Below, piece after piece: positions 9,326 through 23,800 of a stretch of 64,000 nt of DNA. Below the pieces are notes generated by a model, which saw only the letters and a program-made list of their open reading frames with translations, did no database searches and was not told the DNA's origin. A program made the position numbers and the translations under genes. Within the stretch, counting starts at the first letter, position 1; the number at the start of each line of letters is the position of its first letter. Origin of the DNA: a virus; IMG/VR virus record IMGVR_UViG_3300022752_000020, positions 95,921 to 159,920 of that record; one strand, 5' to 3'.

Positions 9326-10968
9326 TGCCTGAAATTAATAGATCAACTCTTGAAGGTGAAGGTACTAGTAAAGAAGATGGACTGATATTGGCCATTGTGG
9401 TCAGTCATTTAGATCCTGATTATATGGGTAGCCTGCAAGTGGAAAAATTACGACAAGTTGGAAATGATCGTAAAAGAACAGGACAACTGGCCACTGTAAA
9501 ATATGTAAGTCCATTCATAGGTGTTACCAGTGCAGAATTTAATAGTAAAGTAAATGATTACAATGGAACTCAAAAAAGTTATGGATTTTGGGCCATACCA
9601 CCAGATGTAGGTACCACAGTGGTCTGTTTCTTTGTAGATGGTGATCCAGCTAGGGGATATTATATAGGTAGCATACAGGATAAAGACATGAATTTTATGA
9701 TACCTGGCTATGCTGCTACTAGTTTTAATCAAGATGGGGAAGAAGAACGTGTACCTGTAGCTGAATACAATAAAAAAGCTGACTTACCAATTAAAAAAGA
9801 TACTACCAGAATTGAAAAACCACAGCATCCATTTACCACAGTACTAAAAGATCAAGGTTTACTACGTGATGATGTAAGAGGCATAACCACTAGTAGTGCT
9901 CGTAGAGAATGGCCCAGTGCTGTATTAGGTATTAGTACACCAGGACCTATAGACAAAGATGGCCCAAAAGGAAAAGTAGGTAAACACGAAGACGAAGTTA
10001 GTAAAATGCCTATAAGTAGGTTAGGCGGTAGTAGTTTTGTTATGGATGATGGAGATGACAAATTTCTACGTAGAAAAAACGCCAGTGAAGGTCCACCTGA
10101 TTATGCTGCTGTAGAGGATGATGAATTAGATGGTGATAAAAAAATATTACACAATGAACTCATACGCATACGTACACGCACTGGACATCAAATATTATTA
10201 CACAATAGTGAAGACCTTATCTATATAGGAAATGCACGTGGTACAGCATGGATAGAATTAAGCAGTGATGGAAAGATGGATATATTCACTGAAGACAGTG
10301 TAAACGTACATGCTAAAAACGACTTTAATCTATATGCTGACCGAGATATAAACATGGAAGCAGGACGTAACTTTAACATTAAAGTAAAAGAAGAAATGCA
10401 TACACATGTTTTAAAAGATAGTATCTTAATTGTAGAAGAAAATCAAAAAATACACATCAAAAAAGATGTTGATATAACCTATGATATGACATTTCAACAT
10501 AAGGTCAAACAAGATGTAAACATTCAATTTGACACTAACTACCTACACAAAGTTGGCAGTAACTATGACTTCAATGCAGGTGGACATATCTATATGACTA
10601 GTGGTGGCAGTAATGAAACACAAGCTGGAGGAAATATTATAGAAACAGCACCACAGATTCATATGAACGGGCCAAGGGCGGCCACCGCTGCCATAGCCAG
10701 TCAAGCAGAATTACCTCAAATATTAAAAACTCATAGTGTCCCAGATCAAGAAGGTAGTGAATTATTTCAAACTATTATGCGTAGAGTACCTATTAAGGAA
10801 CCTTGGTGTCACCATGAAAATTTGGATCCTGTAGAATTCAAGCCAGATAAAACAGATCGTGATATAGATGGTAGATATGAAGGTAATAGCGAAAGTATAC
10901 TAAAAGTTCCTGATTTTTTCAAACAGTACACTACAAAGTATGATACTTTTAATAAGGTCAAAACATAA
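9325..10968 (+). CDS. Baseplate central spike (gp5/VgrG-like)
   Basis: OB-fold motifs DPDYMGSLQV and PPDVGTTVVCFF; RTRTGHQI; beta-helix repeats; IHMNGP. No lysozyme domain evident. Confidence 0.75.
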   Translation: MPEINRSTLEGEGTSKEDGLILAIVVSHLDPDYMGSLQVEKLRQVGNDRKRTGQLATVKYVSPFIGVTSAEFNSKVNDYNGTQKSYGFWAIPPDVGTTVVCFFVDGDPARGYYIGSIQDKDMNFMIPGYAATSFNQDGEEERVPVAEYNKKADLPIKKDTTRIEKPQHPFTTVLKDQGLLRDDVRGITTSSARREWPSAVLGISTPGPIDKDGPKGKVGKHEDEVSKMPISRLGGSSFVMDDGDDKFLRRKNASEGPPDYAAVEDDELDGDKKILHNELIRIRTRTGHQILLHNSEDLIYIGNARGTAWIELSSDGKMDIFTEDSVNVHAKNDFNLYADRDINMEAGRNFNIKVKEEMHTHVLKDSILIVEENQKIHIKKDVDITYDMTFQHKVKQDVNIQFDTNYLHKVGSNYDFNAGGHIYMTSGGSNETQAGGNIIETAPQIHMNGPRAATAAIASQAELPQILKTHSVPDQEGSELFQTIMRRVPIKEPWCHHENLDPVEFKPDKTDRDIDGRYEGNSESILKVPDFFKQYTTKYDTFNKVKT

Positions 10969-11408
10969 TGAGCATACAAAGACTATATGAAAATACAGTG
11001 GTTAAAGGTGATAATAGGGGATCAAAGCCACCCTTACCTAGAACTTATAGGGGGTTTAGCACAGTGAGCCCAGATAGTGAAAACTTTAGCCTTTATGATT
11101 TAAGCCTGATAAAACAAGATTTACTCAATCATTTTCATATTAGACAAGGTGAGAAATTAAATGATCCTACTTTTGGTACTATAATATGGGATTTAATTTT
11201 TGAACCTTTGACACAAGATGTAAAACAATTGGTATTAGATAATGTAACAGCTATAATAAATTACGATCCAAGGGTACAAGCTAATAGTATCATTGTAAGC
11301 AGTTATCAAACAGGTATACAAATCGAATGCGAATTGACCTATTTGCCCTATAATGTCAGTGAAAAAATACGGTTTAGATTTGATCAAAGTTTGGGTTTGA
11401 TAGGTTAA
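10968..11408 (+). CDS. Baseplate wedge protein (gp25-like)
   Basis: IKQDLLNHF..RQGEK..DPTFG..IWDLIFEP...YDPRV. Confidence 0.85.
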   Translation: MSIQRLYENTVVKGDNRGSKPPLPRTYRGFSTVSPDSENFSLYDLSLIKQDLLNHFHIRQGEKLNDPTFGTIIWDLIFEPLTQDVKQLVLDNVTAIINYDPRVQANSIIVSSYQTGIQIECELTYLPYNVSEKIRFRFDQSLGLIG

Positions 11409-11414
11409 TAAATA
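11407..11414 (+). promoter_or_regulatory. Late promoter box AATAAATA
   Basis: Upstream of the gp6-like gene. Confidence 0.5.
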
Positions 11415-11431
11415 AGAAATAAGGAAGTTTT

Positions 11432-14400
11432 ATGTCATCCACTGATAGACAAAATAGATTGCTTGTAGCCGAAGATTGGAAGAGGATCTATCAAAGTTTC
11501 AAAAACGCTGATTTTACCAGCTATGATTTTGAAAATTTGCGTAGAGTAATGATAAACTATCTTCGTGAAAACTATCCTGAAGATTTTAATGACTATATTG
11601 AAAGCAGTGAATATCTAGCACTCATAGACATGATTGCTTTTTTAGGTCAAAGTTTTGCCTTTCGTGTGGACCTAAATGCTCGTGAAAACTTTCTAGAACT
11701 AGCAGAACGTAGAGAAAGTATATTAAGATTAGCACGTACTCTAAGTTATAATGCTAAACGTAATAAACCAGCTACTGGTTTACTAAAATGGGAAAGTATT
11801 AGTACCACTGAAGATGTTATAGATAGTAATGGACGTAACATCAGTAATCAAGAAATTGCTTGGAATGATCCTAGTAACGCTAATTGGTTAGATCAGTTTA
11901 TTAGAATAATTAATGCGGCATTGCCTATGACTGCACAATTTGGTAGCCCAGACTCATCAGAAAAAATATTCAATATACCTACTGAACAATATAGATTGCA
12001 AACTGTAGGAACAAGCGTGCCTGTATATGCTTTTACCAAGGCAGTTGACGGTCGTAATATGAATTTTGAACTAGTAAGTACAGTGATCAAAGATAATAAT
12101 ATCGAAGAAGAACCACCATTAGCTGGACGTAGACTAAGTTTTATATACCGAGATGATGGTAAAGGTGCAGCCAGCAACAGTAACGGTTTCTTTTTATTGT
12201 TCAAACAAGGTGGATTGAATACGGGTACATTTACATTAAGTGAACCAACAACTAATGAAATAGTAGATATTGATGCAACTAATATAAATGATAGTGATGT
12301 ATGGTTATACAAACTCAATGCCAACGGTAGTGAAAGCGAATACTGGGACAAAGTTACAAACTTTGAAGCTAATAATATTATCTATAACAGTGTAAAAAAG
12401 AATATAAAAAATATCTATAATATTATTACTAGAACTAATGATAGAATAAGTTTAGTTTTTAGTGATGGCGTATTCGGTAATCTTCCATTAGGTACTTTTA
12501 GAATATATTATAGAACTAGTAATGGTGTAAGCTATACAATTAATCCAAAAGATATGCGTAGTGTCAGTGTAGATGTAAGTTATCTATCAAATACAGGGCA
12601 ATTAGAAGTATTAAGCATAGCGATGAGTCTACAAACCAGTGTATCTAACAGCAGTCCTAGCGAAAGTGATGATGAAATTAAGGCTAAGGCTCCTGCTACA
12701 TACTATACTCAAAATAGAATGATCACAGCGGAGGATTATAATATTAGTCCTCTAAGTGTAGATCAAGATGTTTTAAAAATTAAAGCTGTTAATAGATCAA
12801 GTAGTGGTATCAGTAGATATTTTGATCTTATAGATCCAACAGGCAAATACAGTAGTACTGATTTATTCAGTGATGATGGTATAATTTATAGAGAAGAATA
12901 TGAAGACAGTTTTAGATTTACCTATAAAAATCGTGTAGATATACAGGCTGTAATTATAAATCAAGTGTTACCTTATCTAAGTAAAATCAGCATTCGTAAT
13001 TATTATTATCAAAAATTTGGTAGAATTGTTTTAGATTTAAGTGCTGAATCACGCATCATATGGCAGCAAAATACTGAAGGTACAAATTATAGCACAGGTA
13101 AATTTAAAAATAATGATCAAGTTATACTTGGATATAATTCAAATAATACATTTAAAAGTTTAGAGTCAGGTGCTTTATTAAAATTTGTTGCTCCTGATAA
13201 TTATGCTTTTTTACGCTCAGAAAATAATAGATTAGTAAATTCAAACTTACCTAACACTACCAAATACATTTGGGCTAAACTAGTAACTATAACCAATGAT
13301 GGGTTAGTTGAAAGTTTAGATGATGGTAGCGGACCTATCACATTAAATGAAAAAATTCCTAATAATGCCATAATCACTGAAATTATACCAAAATGGACTA
13401 TAACATTAGATGACGTCACAGTAACATTAATGAATGATTTAATATTCAATAATAGAGACTTTGGTCTACGTTATGATTTAGATACAAAAACTTGGCAATT
13501 AATATTTGATACTAACTTAAATCTTGTAGATCCCTTCAATATAGGAAGAACTGGAGATATTAGCAATCAAAAATTAGATAGTAGTTGGTTATTGAGTTTT
13601 ACTACAGATACAGAAAAATATACTGTACTCAGTCGTAACCTAAGTTACATATTTGAAAGTGATAAAAAAATTAGATTTTATTATGATAAAACTAACAAAG
13701 TTTTTGACACTAAAACTAATAAAATTATAAAAGATAAAATTAGTATTTTAAACATTAATACTATTCCAGATTCGCCTTATACACCTTTAAATTATTCAAT
13801 AGATTGGGAAATAATAAATGAATTTATTGGTAATGATGGATACATCGACACCAAGAAAATTGAAATTACCTTTAAAGACTCCAATGATGATGGTGTTGTA
13901 GATGATCCAGATATTTTTAACTTAGTTGTAAGTCCTAGTACTACTGATCTTTATAAATTTGTTGTGCTTAAAAAGTATGAAACAAGTACAGGACAAATAG
14001 ATTACGCTTGGATTGAAAATATAGGTTCTGACGGAAATATATTAATTCATATAGCTAATACTTTTACTAATATTCCATCTAATTATTTTATAGATAAAAA
14101 ATATGTTTATGTCTATGATACAGATACATTATTTCAATATGACATGCTTTTAAATAAATTTGTAGTAAGTTTGGACTATAAAGTATACCAAGGACGTAAA
14201 GGTCTTAAATTCCATTATATACACAGTGCTGATTATGAAGCCAGAATTGATCCAGGTTATAGCAATTTTATGGATCTATATGTTTTAACCAAACAATATG
14301 ATATTAGTTTTAGACAATGGCTATTAGGTAGTATAGATCAAGAGCCCATGCCGCCTAGTACAGATCAATTGGCTATAACATTAGGTAGTAAATTGGAACA

Positions 14401-14881
14401 AATTAAGGCAATGAGTGATGAAATTATATATCATCCTATTAGATATAAAATATTGTTTGGAGCAAAGGCTATATCAAATCTAAGAGCCAGTTTTAAATTA
14501 GTCAAAAACCAAGAACAAATTATCAGTGACAATGATCTTAAATCTAGGGTATTAAACAGCATAAATGAATTTTTTAGTTTAGAGAATTGGGATTTTGGTG
14601 ATAGTTTCTATTTCAGTGAATTAGTTGCTTATATAATGAATAGAACAGCACCTTTTTTGGTAAACATTGTAATTGTACCAAGACAAGAGAATTTAACTTT
14701 TGGTAGTTTGTTTGAAATTAAAGCTGAAAATGATCAAATTTTCATAAGTGGTGCTACCAGTGAGGATTTAGAGATAATAGATAGTATTACAACAAGTAGC
14801 CTTAATGCCACAGGGCTTATCAGTACTAATAATACTGTATTAAGTCAGCAATTTATTGAAAGCAGAGTGAGAGATAATTAA
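11432..14881 (+). CDS. Baseplate wedge protein (gp6-like)
   Basis: DF..LR..M..YL...DFNDY, ENFLELAERRESILRLA..L.Y, FSDGVFG, QNRMITAEDY. Confidence 0.85.
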   Translation: MSSTDRQNRLLVAEDWKRIYQSFKNADFTSYDFENLRRVMINYLRENYPEDFNDYIESSEYLALIDMIAFLGQSFAFRVDLNARENFLELAERRESILRLARTLSYNAKRNKPATGLLKWESISTTEDVIDSNGRNISNQEIAWNDPSNANWLDQFIRIINAALPMTAQFGSPDSSEKIFNIPTEQYRLQTVGTSVPVYAFTKAVDGRNMNFELVSTVIKDNNIEEEPPLAGRRLSFIYRDDGKGAASNSNGFFLLFKQGGLNTGTFTLSEPTTNEIVDIDATNINDSDVWLYKLNANGSESEYWDKVTNFEANNIIYNSVKKNIKNIYNIITRTNDRISLVFSDGVFGNLPLGTFRIYYRTSNGVSYTINPKDMRSVSVDVSYLSNTGQLEVLSIAMSLQTSVSNSSPSESDDEIKAKAPATYYTQNRMITAEDYNISPLSVDQDVLKIKAVNRSSSGISRYFDLIDPTGKYSSTDLFSDDGIIYREEYEDSFRFTYKNRVDIQAVIINQVLPYLSKISIRNYYYQKFGRIVLDLSAESRIIWQQNTEGTNYSTGKFKNNDQVILGYNSNNTFKSLESGALLKFVAPDNYAFLRSENNRLVNSNLPNTTKYIWAKLVTITNDGLVESLDDGSGPITLNEKIPNNAIITEIIPKWTITLDDVTVTLMNDLIFNNRDFGLRYDLDTKTWQLIFDTNLNLVDPFNIGRTGDISNQKLDSSWLLSFTTDTEKYTVLSRNLSYIFESDKKIRFYYDKTNKVFDTKTNKIIKDKISILNINTIPDSPYTPLNYSIDWEIINEFIGNDGYIDTKKIEITFKDSNDDGVVDDPDIFNLVVSPSTTDLYKFVVLKKYETSTGQIDYAWIENIGSDGNILIHIANTFTNIPSNYFIDKKYVYVYDTDTLFQYDMLLNKFVVSLDYKVYQGRKGLKFHYIHSADYEARIDPGYSNFMDLYVLTKQYDISFRQWLLGSIDQEPMPPSTDQLAITLGSKLEQIKAMSDEIIYHPIRYKILFGAKAISNLRASFKLVKNQEQIISDNDLKSRVLNSINEFFSLENWDFGDSFYFSELVAYIMNRTAPFLVNIVIVPRQENLTFGSLFEIKAENDQIFISGATSEDLEIIDSITTSSLNATGLISTNNTVLSQQFIESRVRDN

Positions 14882-17800
14882 TGTCTGACGAAAATACATT
14901 AGGAATACCTTTAGATAAAAATGAAAAGCGTAAATCTGAAAGGTTTTTACCTCAATTTTACCGTACTGATAGTAATAAAAAATTCTTGTCAGCCACAGTT
15001 GACCCTTTAATTCAAAGAGGCACAGCAAAAAAACTTAGTGGATTTATAGGTAGAAAAAATAGTAAAGCCAGCAAAGCCAATGATATTTTTATAAATGAAG
15101 TTAATGATGAACGTAATAACTATCAATTAGAACCATGCTTGACCAATGAGGATATATTAGGTAATACAACTTTCTTTAAAGATTATATAGATTATATTAA
15201 TACAATTGATGTTTTTGGAGGAGTAACTAATAATCATCAACGACTAAATGTACAAGAGTTTTACAGTTGGAATCCTCATATTTGTTGGGATAAGTTTGTA
15301 AATTATCTACAATATTATTGGTTACCATATGGTCCAGAAACTGTAAGAGTAAATGGTACTAAAACATTAGACATAGTTAGTACCTTTAAAGTTGAAATAG
15401 TAGATGAAGGCGATAATTTTGCCTATTTAATGACTCCTGATGCACTAACTCGCAACCCAGCACTAAGATTATATAGAGGAGAAACTTATAAATTTGAAAT
15501 AAATGCTGAAGCACATCCATTAAGTATACGTACAGCAAGAGTTAGTAGTACTAGTCCAGAATTTAGAGGTAGCGTTAGTTTTAACTATAATCAACATGGT
15601 AGTAATAATTTTGTTGTTGACATACTTACAGATTTTGATGTTGTACATTTAGAAAAACAACAGAAATTTGTATCCAGTTCTACAGGATTAATGAGAGCAA
15701 ATGTCAAAGCTCAAGATGGTACCGTAAGAATAATTAATTCTAGTCAAACAGATCATCTAACAAATGTAGTATCAATAACACCAACTGCTCAAAATTTATT
15801 AAAAATAGATGATGAAGTAATATTTGATTCTAATATATCTGGATCTACTGGAGTATTAGGTAGTTTAGAACCTAATCAAACTTACTATATTAAGAGTTTT
15901 GTATATGATAATCCGCCCCCTCCACCAGAAGGCATAGCTCCTACCCCACGTAAAATTATAGGATTCACACTAAATTATGTACCAGCAGTAAATCTATTCG
16001 CTGAAGTATATGTAAATGGTAATAAACTTAAACAAAGTGAATTTAATTTTTATACAAATGATAAAAGAAAAAGAGTATTAAACATACAATCTAATATCGG
16101 CCAAGATGACATTGTTATTTTGGACTTTTTTAAATTAAAAGAAAATGATCAGTTTAGATATTTTGATGGTATTAAAACATTTGAATATCTAAATGATAAA
16201 CTTGTTGAAACTAAAAACTTTAGTGTTAGTAAAGGAATATTAGAATTTACAGTGTCAGCTGATGCACCTGATGTATTGTACTATGTAAGTAACATTGATC
16301 CTAATACTAGCGGATTGATTAAAATTTTTGATATTACAGAGAATACAAGTATAGATGTTGATGCTGAAATAGTTGGAAAAATTAATTACACTTCACGAGG
16401 CATTGATCTAAGCAATGGCATGAAAATTAAGTTTGGTGGTTTAGTTTATCCTGAATCATATCGTGATAGAGATTTTTTTGTTGAAGGTGTAGGAGAAGGT
16501 ATAAAATTAATAGATGTAAAAACTTTAGAAGTTGTTACAGATATAGCCTATAATGTAGACGTAAATTTTGATACAAGTGGATATGACGAACTAGCATTTA
16601 ACAATATAAATTATGCTGCTTTAGATAAGGATTATATTGTTATTAATAGATCTAGTCGTGATCGTAACCCTTGGACTAGATATAATAGATGGTTTCACAA
16701 AGATGTAATTGAAAAAACTGCTAAAATTTTAGGCAAAGTAGCAGTGTTCGATCAAAGTCAAAGAGCTATTAGACCAATAATTGAATTTAATCCTAATCTA
16801 AGATTACATAATTTTGGCAACACTAGTAAGAAAAATATTGATCTAGTGGATAATTTTACAAAAGATGCATTCAGCACCATAGAAGGAAGTTTAGGATATA
16901 TTGTTGATGGTATAGAATTATTTAATGGACATAGAATAATTTTTACTGCTGATTCAGATATTAGAGTAAAAAATAAAATTTACAAAGTAGAATTTATCAA
17001 TGTGTTTAATGAAGATACTGGTATAACTAAAAGACTTATTCATTTAGCAGAAGAATCTGATGCTATACCACATGAATTAGAAACTGTACTAGTTCTAGCA
17101 GGTAAAGAATATGGTAGTAATATGGTTTGGTTTGATGGTAGTAATTGGCTTAAAGGGCAAGCTAAAACTTCATTAAATCAAGCACCTTTATTTGCTTTAT
17201 TTGATAAAGAAGGTAGGGCATTAAACGATTCAAACAAATATGATGGTAGTACCTTTATAGGAACTAAGCTTTTTTCCTACAGAATTGGTAATGGTAGTAT
17301 AGATAAAGAATTAGGATTTAGTTTAACTTATAAAAATATTAATAATATTGGAGATATTGTATTTGATTTTAATTTAAGTGTTGATACATTTAAGTATAAA
17401 CAGGAAAATAAAGTTGTAGAGGAAAGTATATCTAATAAGTTTTTACAATACTACACTGCATCTAATGAATTAAGTTTAGTTAATGGGTGGACCAGAAATA
17501 ATATTGAAAATGTACAGCCTATTATTAGAATTTTTAAACAAGAATATATAGAAAAAAATGGATTAAAACAAATACAAATTAATAATTTCCCTTTAGATGT
17601 ATTTGAAGATAGTATAGATTTAGAAGATTTACGTATTAAAGTTTATGTAAACAATAAAAAATTAAGTGAAACTGAGTATGAATTATATCAAGGTATTGAT
17701 ATAAAATATATTAGGTTAGAAAATGATATAGAAAATGATGATATTGTCACTTTAAAAATTTACACTAAAAAACCAAAAAGTACAAGTAAAGGATACTACG

Positions 17801-20800
17801 AATTTCCTATTAATTTTCAAAATAATCCTCTAAATGAAGACGTGACAACTTTTACTCTTGGTGAAGTTATAGATCATGTAGATTCAATAGTTGATAATGT
17901 GGATAGTTTTTACGGTATATACCCTGGACCTAGTAATTTAAGAGATATAGGCTACTTATCTAGTAAAGGTACAAAATTTGTACAACATAGCGGAAGCATA
18001 AATCTTAGCTTGTACCATTTAGCCAACACTGATGCTAATATTGTTAGAGCTCTTGAAAAAAGTATGTTTGACTATAATAACTTTAAAAAATCCTTTATGT
18101 ATAATACAGAGTATTTAGAAGAAGGATTAAGTGATAAAGATGCTGTAGACAAACTATTACAATCAATAAATCAAAATAAAACAATGAATATGGCCTACTA
18201 TTTTAGTGACATGTTGGCATATTTAGGCGAAAAAAATACACAATTTAAAATAAAAGAATTTGTTCAAACTAAATTTCCTTTAACAGAAAACTTTACATTG
18301 ACCACTATGACGCCAAAAGCAGTGTATATCTACGTCAATAAACAGCAATTAATTTATGAAAAGGATTACAATTTTACTGGAGATGGGTTTGTAGAAATAT
18401 TTATAGAGTTAAAAGAAGATGACATTGTTGATATGTACGAATATGCCAGTACAGATGGGTGTTTTATTCCACCGACTCCTACTAGCTTAGGACTATATCC
18501 AAAATATGAACCAAAAATTTATTTAGATACCACTTTAATAACTCCTCAATATGTAATACAAGGTCATGACGGCAGTATAATTTTAGCTTTTAATGATTTT
18601 AGAGATAATCTAATATTAGAATTAGAAAAAAGAATTTTTAATAATATTAAAATAAACTATGATCCTAAAATTTTAGACATTTACGATTACATACAGGGAC
18701 CTAATAGACCTACATCTTATAGTAAAGATGAATTTAATCAAGTACTGGCCCCAAACTTTTTTAAATGGACTACCTATGTAGATAAAGATTATACAAAAAG
18801 TCAACTTTACATTCAATCTAATCCTTTTACTTACAATTATAGTGAAATACAAAGCTTTGATTTTACACCATTACCAGGTTATTGGAGAGGCATATACAAG
18901 TGGTATTTTGACACAGATCGTATTCATTTATGCCCATGGGAAAGTTTAGGATTTAGCATAGAACCAAAATGGTGGCAAGCAGTATATGGCCCTGCTCCTT
19001 ATACCAGTGATAACTTAATATTATGGAATGATCTTAAAGAAGGACTAGTTCGTGAACCTAACAAGCCTATCAGAGTTATTAATAAATTTATTAAACCTGT
19101 ATTAGAAAATATTCCAACGAATTCTAATGGTGCATTAGTTAATCCAATTCAAGCGAATTTAGCCACAGGATTATTCAACGCAAGAACAGAAAAAAATTAT
19201 GTATTTGGTGATATTAGTCCTGTAGAAAATGCTTGGCGTCGTAGCAGTTATTATCCCTTCGCTATGCTAAAAACTATGATCTTACTAACACCAAATCGTG
19301 TATTCAGTGTATATTTTGATCGTAGTAGAATATTAAGAGATCAAACTGGTCAACTTGTATATGAACCTACAGGTAAAAGAATAAAATTAAAAGATATATT
19401 AATTACTAATACAATAAATGAACAAGAAAGGGTACAAACTTCAGGTCTTGTAAATTATATAGTAGATTACTTGATAACTAGAAAGCCTCAAGCATTAGAA
19501 AATTACAAATTTGATTTAAAAAATTTATCAAACAAAATAGGTCACAGACTAAGTGGGTTTAGCAGTGAAGAAAAATTTAATTTAATTCTTGATAGTAGAA
19601 ATATTAATTCTACAACCAGTGTATTTGTACCTAAAGAAAATTATAAAATATTTCTAAATACTGGATCACCTACTAAAAAACTTTTTTACAGTGGTGTTAT
19701 TATAACCAAACTATTAACTAGATATGGTTTAGGATATGAAATAAAAGGATATAGTCAAAATCAACCATTTTTTTATTATTTTCCTTGGTCAAAATCTGGA
19801 TATAATATAAACATTGGTGGTATTAGTGAATCATATATAAACTATGAATCTAATCAAACATATGTTATTGGAAATATAGTAAAAGTTTTAGATAATTATT
19901 ATAGAGTAAAAATATCCCATAACAGTGGACCTAATGTAGATTATACTCTATTAGAAAAATTACCCAGCTTGCCTATTGTAGGTGGTGTTGATGCTGAATT
20001 TAGATCAGAATTTAGTAGTATACCTCAGGTATTAAATTACGGAACTATATTATATAGCGTACAAGATGTTGTTGATTTTATCTTAGGCTATGGAGAATAC
20101 TTAAAAAGTAAAGGGTTTATTTTTGATTCATATATTGCTGAACTTAAAGATGTAGGTAGATGGGAACTAAGTTCCAAAGAATTTATGTTTTGGATTACAC
20201 AGAATTGGGGAACTGGAAAAGATTATTATGATGAATGGAAACCACAGACTAATTATAGGAGTGGTGATCTAATTATTAATAATAATTTATTTTACAGCGT
20301 TAGACAAGATCATACTACAACTGAAATATTTGATGTTAGGAACTATATACCAGTAGAAAATATTGATAGTTCAGGTGCTAGTGCTATCAGTTTAAGTCCA
20401 GCAGCTTTAGGAATATCATTAGGATTACAATATAATGTAGTTGATAATATCATCAGTCCATTAGACTATGAAATTTTTAAAAGTGATGGTAGTAAATATG
20501 AACCTAATGATTTAAATTACTATAGAGATGGCAATAAATTTACTATAAAACCTAAAAATGAAGAACAAGGTATATATGGTGTTGGATTTCATCTAGTACA
20601 AAAAGAACATGTATTAGTGATAGATAATGTTACTCAATTTAATGATATCATTTATAATACTTCAACAGGTTATAGGCAAGAACGATTAAAGATATACGGG
20701 TATAAAACTATAGATTGGAATGGAAGTTTTGATAGTCCAGGATTTGTTTATGATTCTGCATATCTAAATGAGTGGTCTACATGGACAGACTATAACGTAG

Positions 20801-23800
20801 GTGATATTGTAAAATATAAAGAATTTTTTTATACTGCCACTCAACGAATAGATGGTACAGATGAATTTAATCCTAGTGTTTGGCAAAGACTAAGTCAAAC
20901 ACCTACTAGTAAACTATTACCTAATTGGGATTATAAATCTTTACAATTTTTAGATTTTTATGACCTAGACAGTGATAACTTTGATAGCAATCAACAGGCC
21001 ATAGCTCAACATCTTATTGGTTATCAAAAACGTCAATACTTAAACAATATCATTAAAAATGATGTAAGTGAATTTAAATTCTATCAAGGAATGATAACCG
21101 AAAAAGGCACTTTAAATTCACTTAACAAGCTATTTGATGTATTAGGACCAGATAATAAAGAAAGTTTAGAATTTTTAGAAGAATGGGCTGTACGTGTAGG
21201 TACTTATGGAGCAACTAATACATTTGATGAGATAGAGTTTGTATTAGATGAAATTAAGTGGAAAACCGAACCTCAAGCTTTCGAATTAGTTAATGAAATT
21301 GATCCAACTAAAAAAGATTATGTAATTAGACAAACTGAAAATGACTTATATCTTAAGCCTCTCAATTACTCTAATAATATTTGGCCAATTGCAACTGATT
21401 ATACAAAATTTCTAAAAACTCCTGGATTTAGTAAAGTAGAATTTGCAAAACTTATATTAGATGATTTGACAGATATCATAACACTTCAAGATACAGAATC
21501 AATAGATATAAATGTAGGCGAATACGCTTGGTGTGGTTTTCAAACAAAAATTAATCAATTTGGCGATGATTGGAATATATTTAGATATAACAAACTAGAT
21601 GTAACAGTGTCTAATGTTACAGTAAGCACTACTAATTTAATTATTACATTTAATGTTTGGCCTAACTTTGTTATTGGAGATGTGGTTAGATTTGTCAGTA
21701 ATTATGAAAAATTTAATAAATTTTATAGAATTAATAATATAAATCAAAGTTCTAAAACTATCACAGTGATAAAGGACAAAGATTTTCAAATTAATGAATT
21801 ACAAAATAACACAGTTCAAACTTATGCATTTAATAATCAAAGATATAACGATATTGATCAGGTAACTATTCCTAAATATGTTAATACAGACACTAATTTA
21901 TGGCCTTATGGTGAATTATTATGGTTTACAGATAACGGTAAAAATAGTATTTGGAAAAATACTAATGTATATAAACAAGAAGTTATAACAAATTTCAGTA
22001 ATTTTGATAATCAAGAATTTGGTTATACTGTAGCAGTAAATGAAGATTCTACAGTACTAGCAGTGATGTCAAGAACAGATGAAGTATGGCGTAGTAGTTG
22101 GCAATCTGGAACAACATATCAAAAGAATAACCTAGTATATAGAGATAATAAGTTTTGGCAATGTATTTCTGCTACAAGCACTCGGGCCATATTTAATCCC
22201 AATAAATATATTACAAATGTAGAAATAATTGAATCAACTCCTGGACAAAAAATATTTACATGTGATAGTGTAGAATATTTACAAGTAGGATCCTTAGTAG
22301 AAATAGTTGGTGTATTTGTAGGCTCTGCTCAAATTATAGATCATGTTGATGGCAAAACTTATAAAGTTAGACAAATAATTAACAATGCTAACCAAAATGA
22401 TTTTATTTTAGAAAATTTAGATGGCAGTAATTTAACATTGGCAGTTGGTGTAGCTAGTAGTGTAAGCTTTTTATTAAAAGGTGATTGGACTGAAACTAAT
22501 CAATCTACTAGACAAGTATTAATATATGTTAAGCCTTATCTGAGTACACAATGGGCCAAAAAACAAGTTATCTATGCTGAATCAAATGTATTCAATTTTG
22601 GTTCGAGTATCAATATAGATAAAAATGGAAGATTTATTTCAATAACTGGTATACGAAAAAAAGTTAGTAATAATCAATTAGAATCTGCTGTATATCTTTA
22701 TAGTATACCTCAAAAAATAGTTACCTTTAGTAGTAACTTTAGACTGACCACTGGGAATAGATTAGATTATGTGAATAATAAAATCGTTATACCAGGTCAT
22801 CTACTATCAGAAGGGACATTAGTAAAGTATTCAACATCTGATACGCCATTAAAGGGCTTAGAAAATAATCAGGAGTATTATGTAGAAACTCTTGATAGTG
22901 AAAGTTTTAGACTTACTCGAGATGTAGATTTAATTGATTTAATTATATTACAAAAAAGTGTATCTGGAACTCACTATATTACTAATTTAAATATAGCTCA
23001 GAATTACAGTTTAACTACAATAATATCAAATACTGAAACTACTGATATCAACTTTGGAAGTAAAGTAAAATTTGCATTGGTTCCTAATGCTAATCCTAAT
23101 TTAAGTTATTATAAAATTTACATTAGTAGCTATGAAAAGGGAGTGTTTGTTTATGAATATACTAGTTCAATAGGACCAGGACTTAACATAGATAATAATA
23201 ATCTTACGGGCTTTGCCTATGATTTTGATGTCAATAGCGACGGAACAAGAATTGTTGTTAGTGCTCCTACTCAAGGAAAAATATTCTTTTATAATAATTC
23301 ATATATACCAACAAGTATAATAAGAACAACTAGCGAAGGTTTTGGACAAAGTTTGAGTTTAAATAATGATGGTTCTTATTTGGCTGCTAGTAGTCCATTA
23401 GAGGACGGTGTAAAAACTGATCAGGGTAAGGTTAGAATATATAAACTTACTGGTAGCACTTATATTTTAGATCAAACCATAGAAGATCGTAATCCAGAGA
23501 CTAATGAGGAATTTGGTTATTATATTAAGTTTATTAACAATCAAGATAATATAGCAAAAACACTTGTAATTTACAGTAGGAAAGCTGATAGTTTTACATT
23601 AGATACTTACGATGATGTTACATATCCTCAAATAGGTGAATCTAATACTGTGGTAGATGTAGGTAGAATAGACATATATGATAGATATTTGACCAAATAT
23701 ATCTATTCTGAATCACTGCCTGCAAGTAATATACCTTTAACTACGCCATATAGTTTGGCTATAGGTGAAAATACTGTAATTTTAGGCAATCCAAACGTGC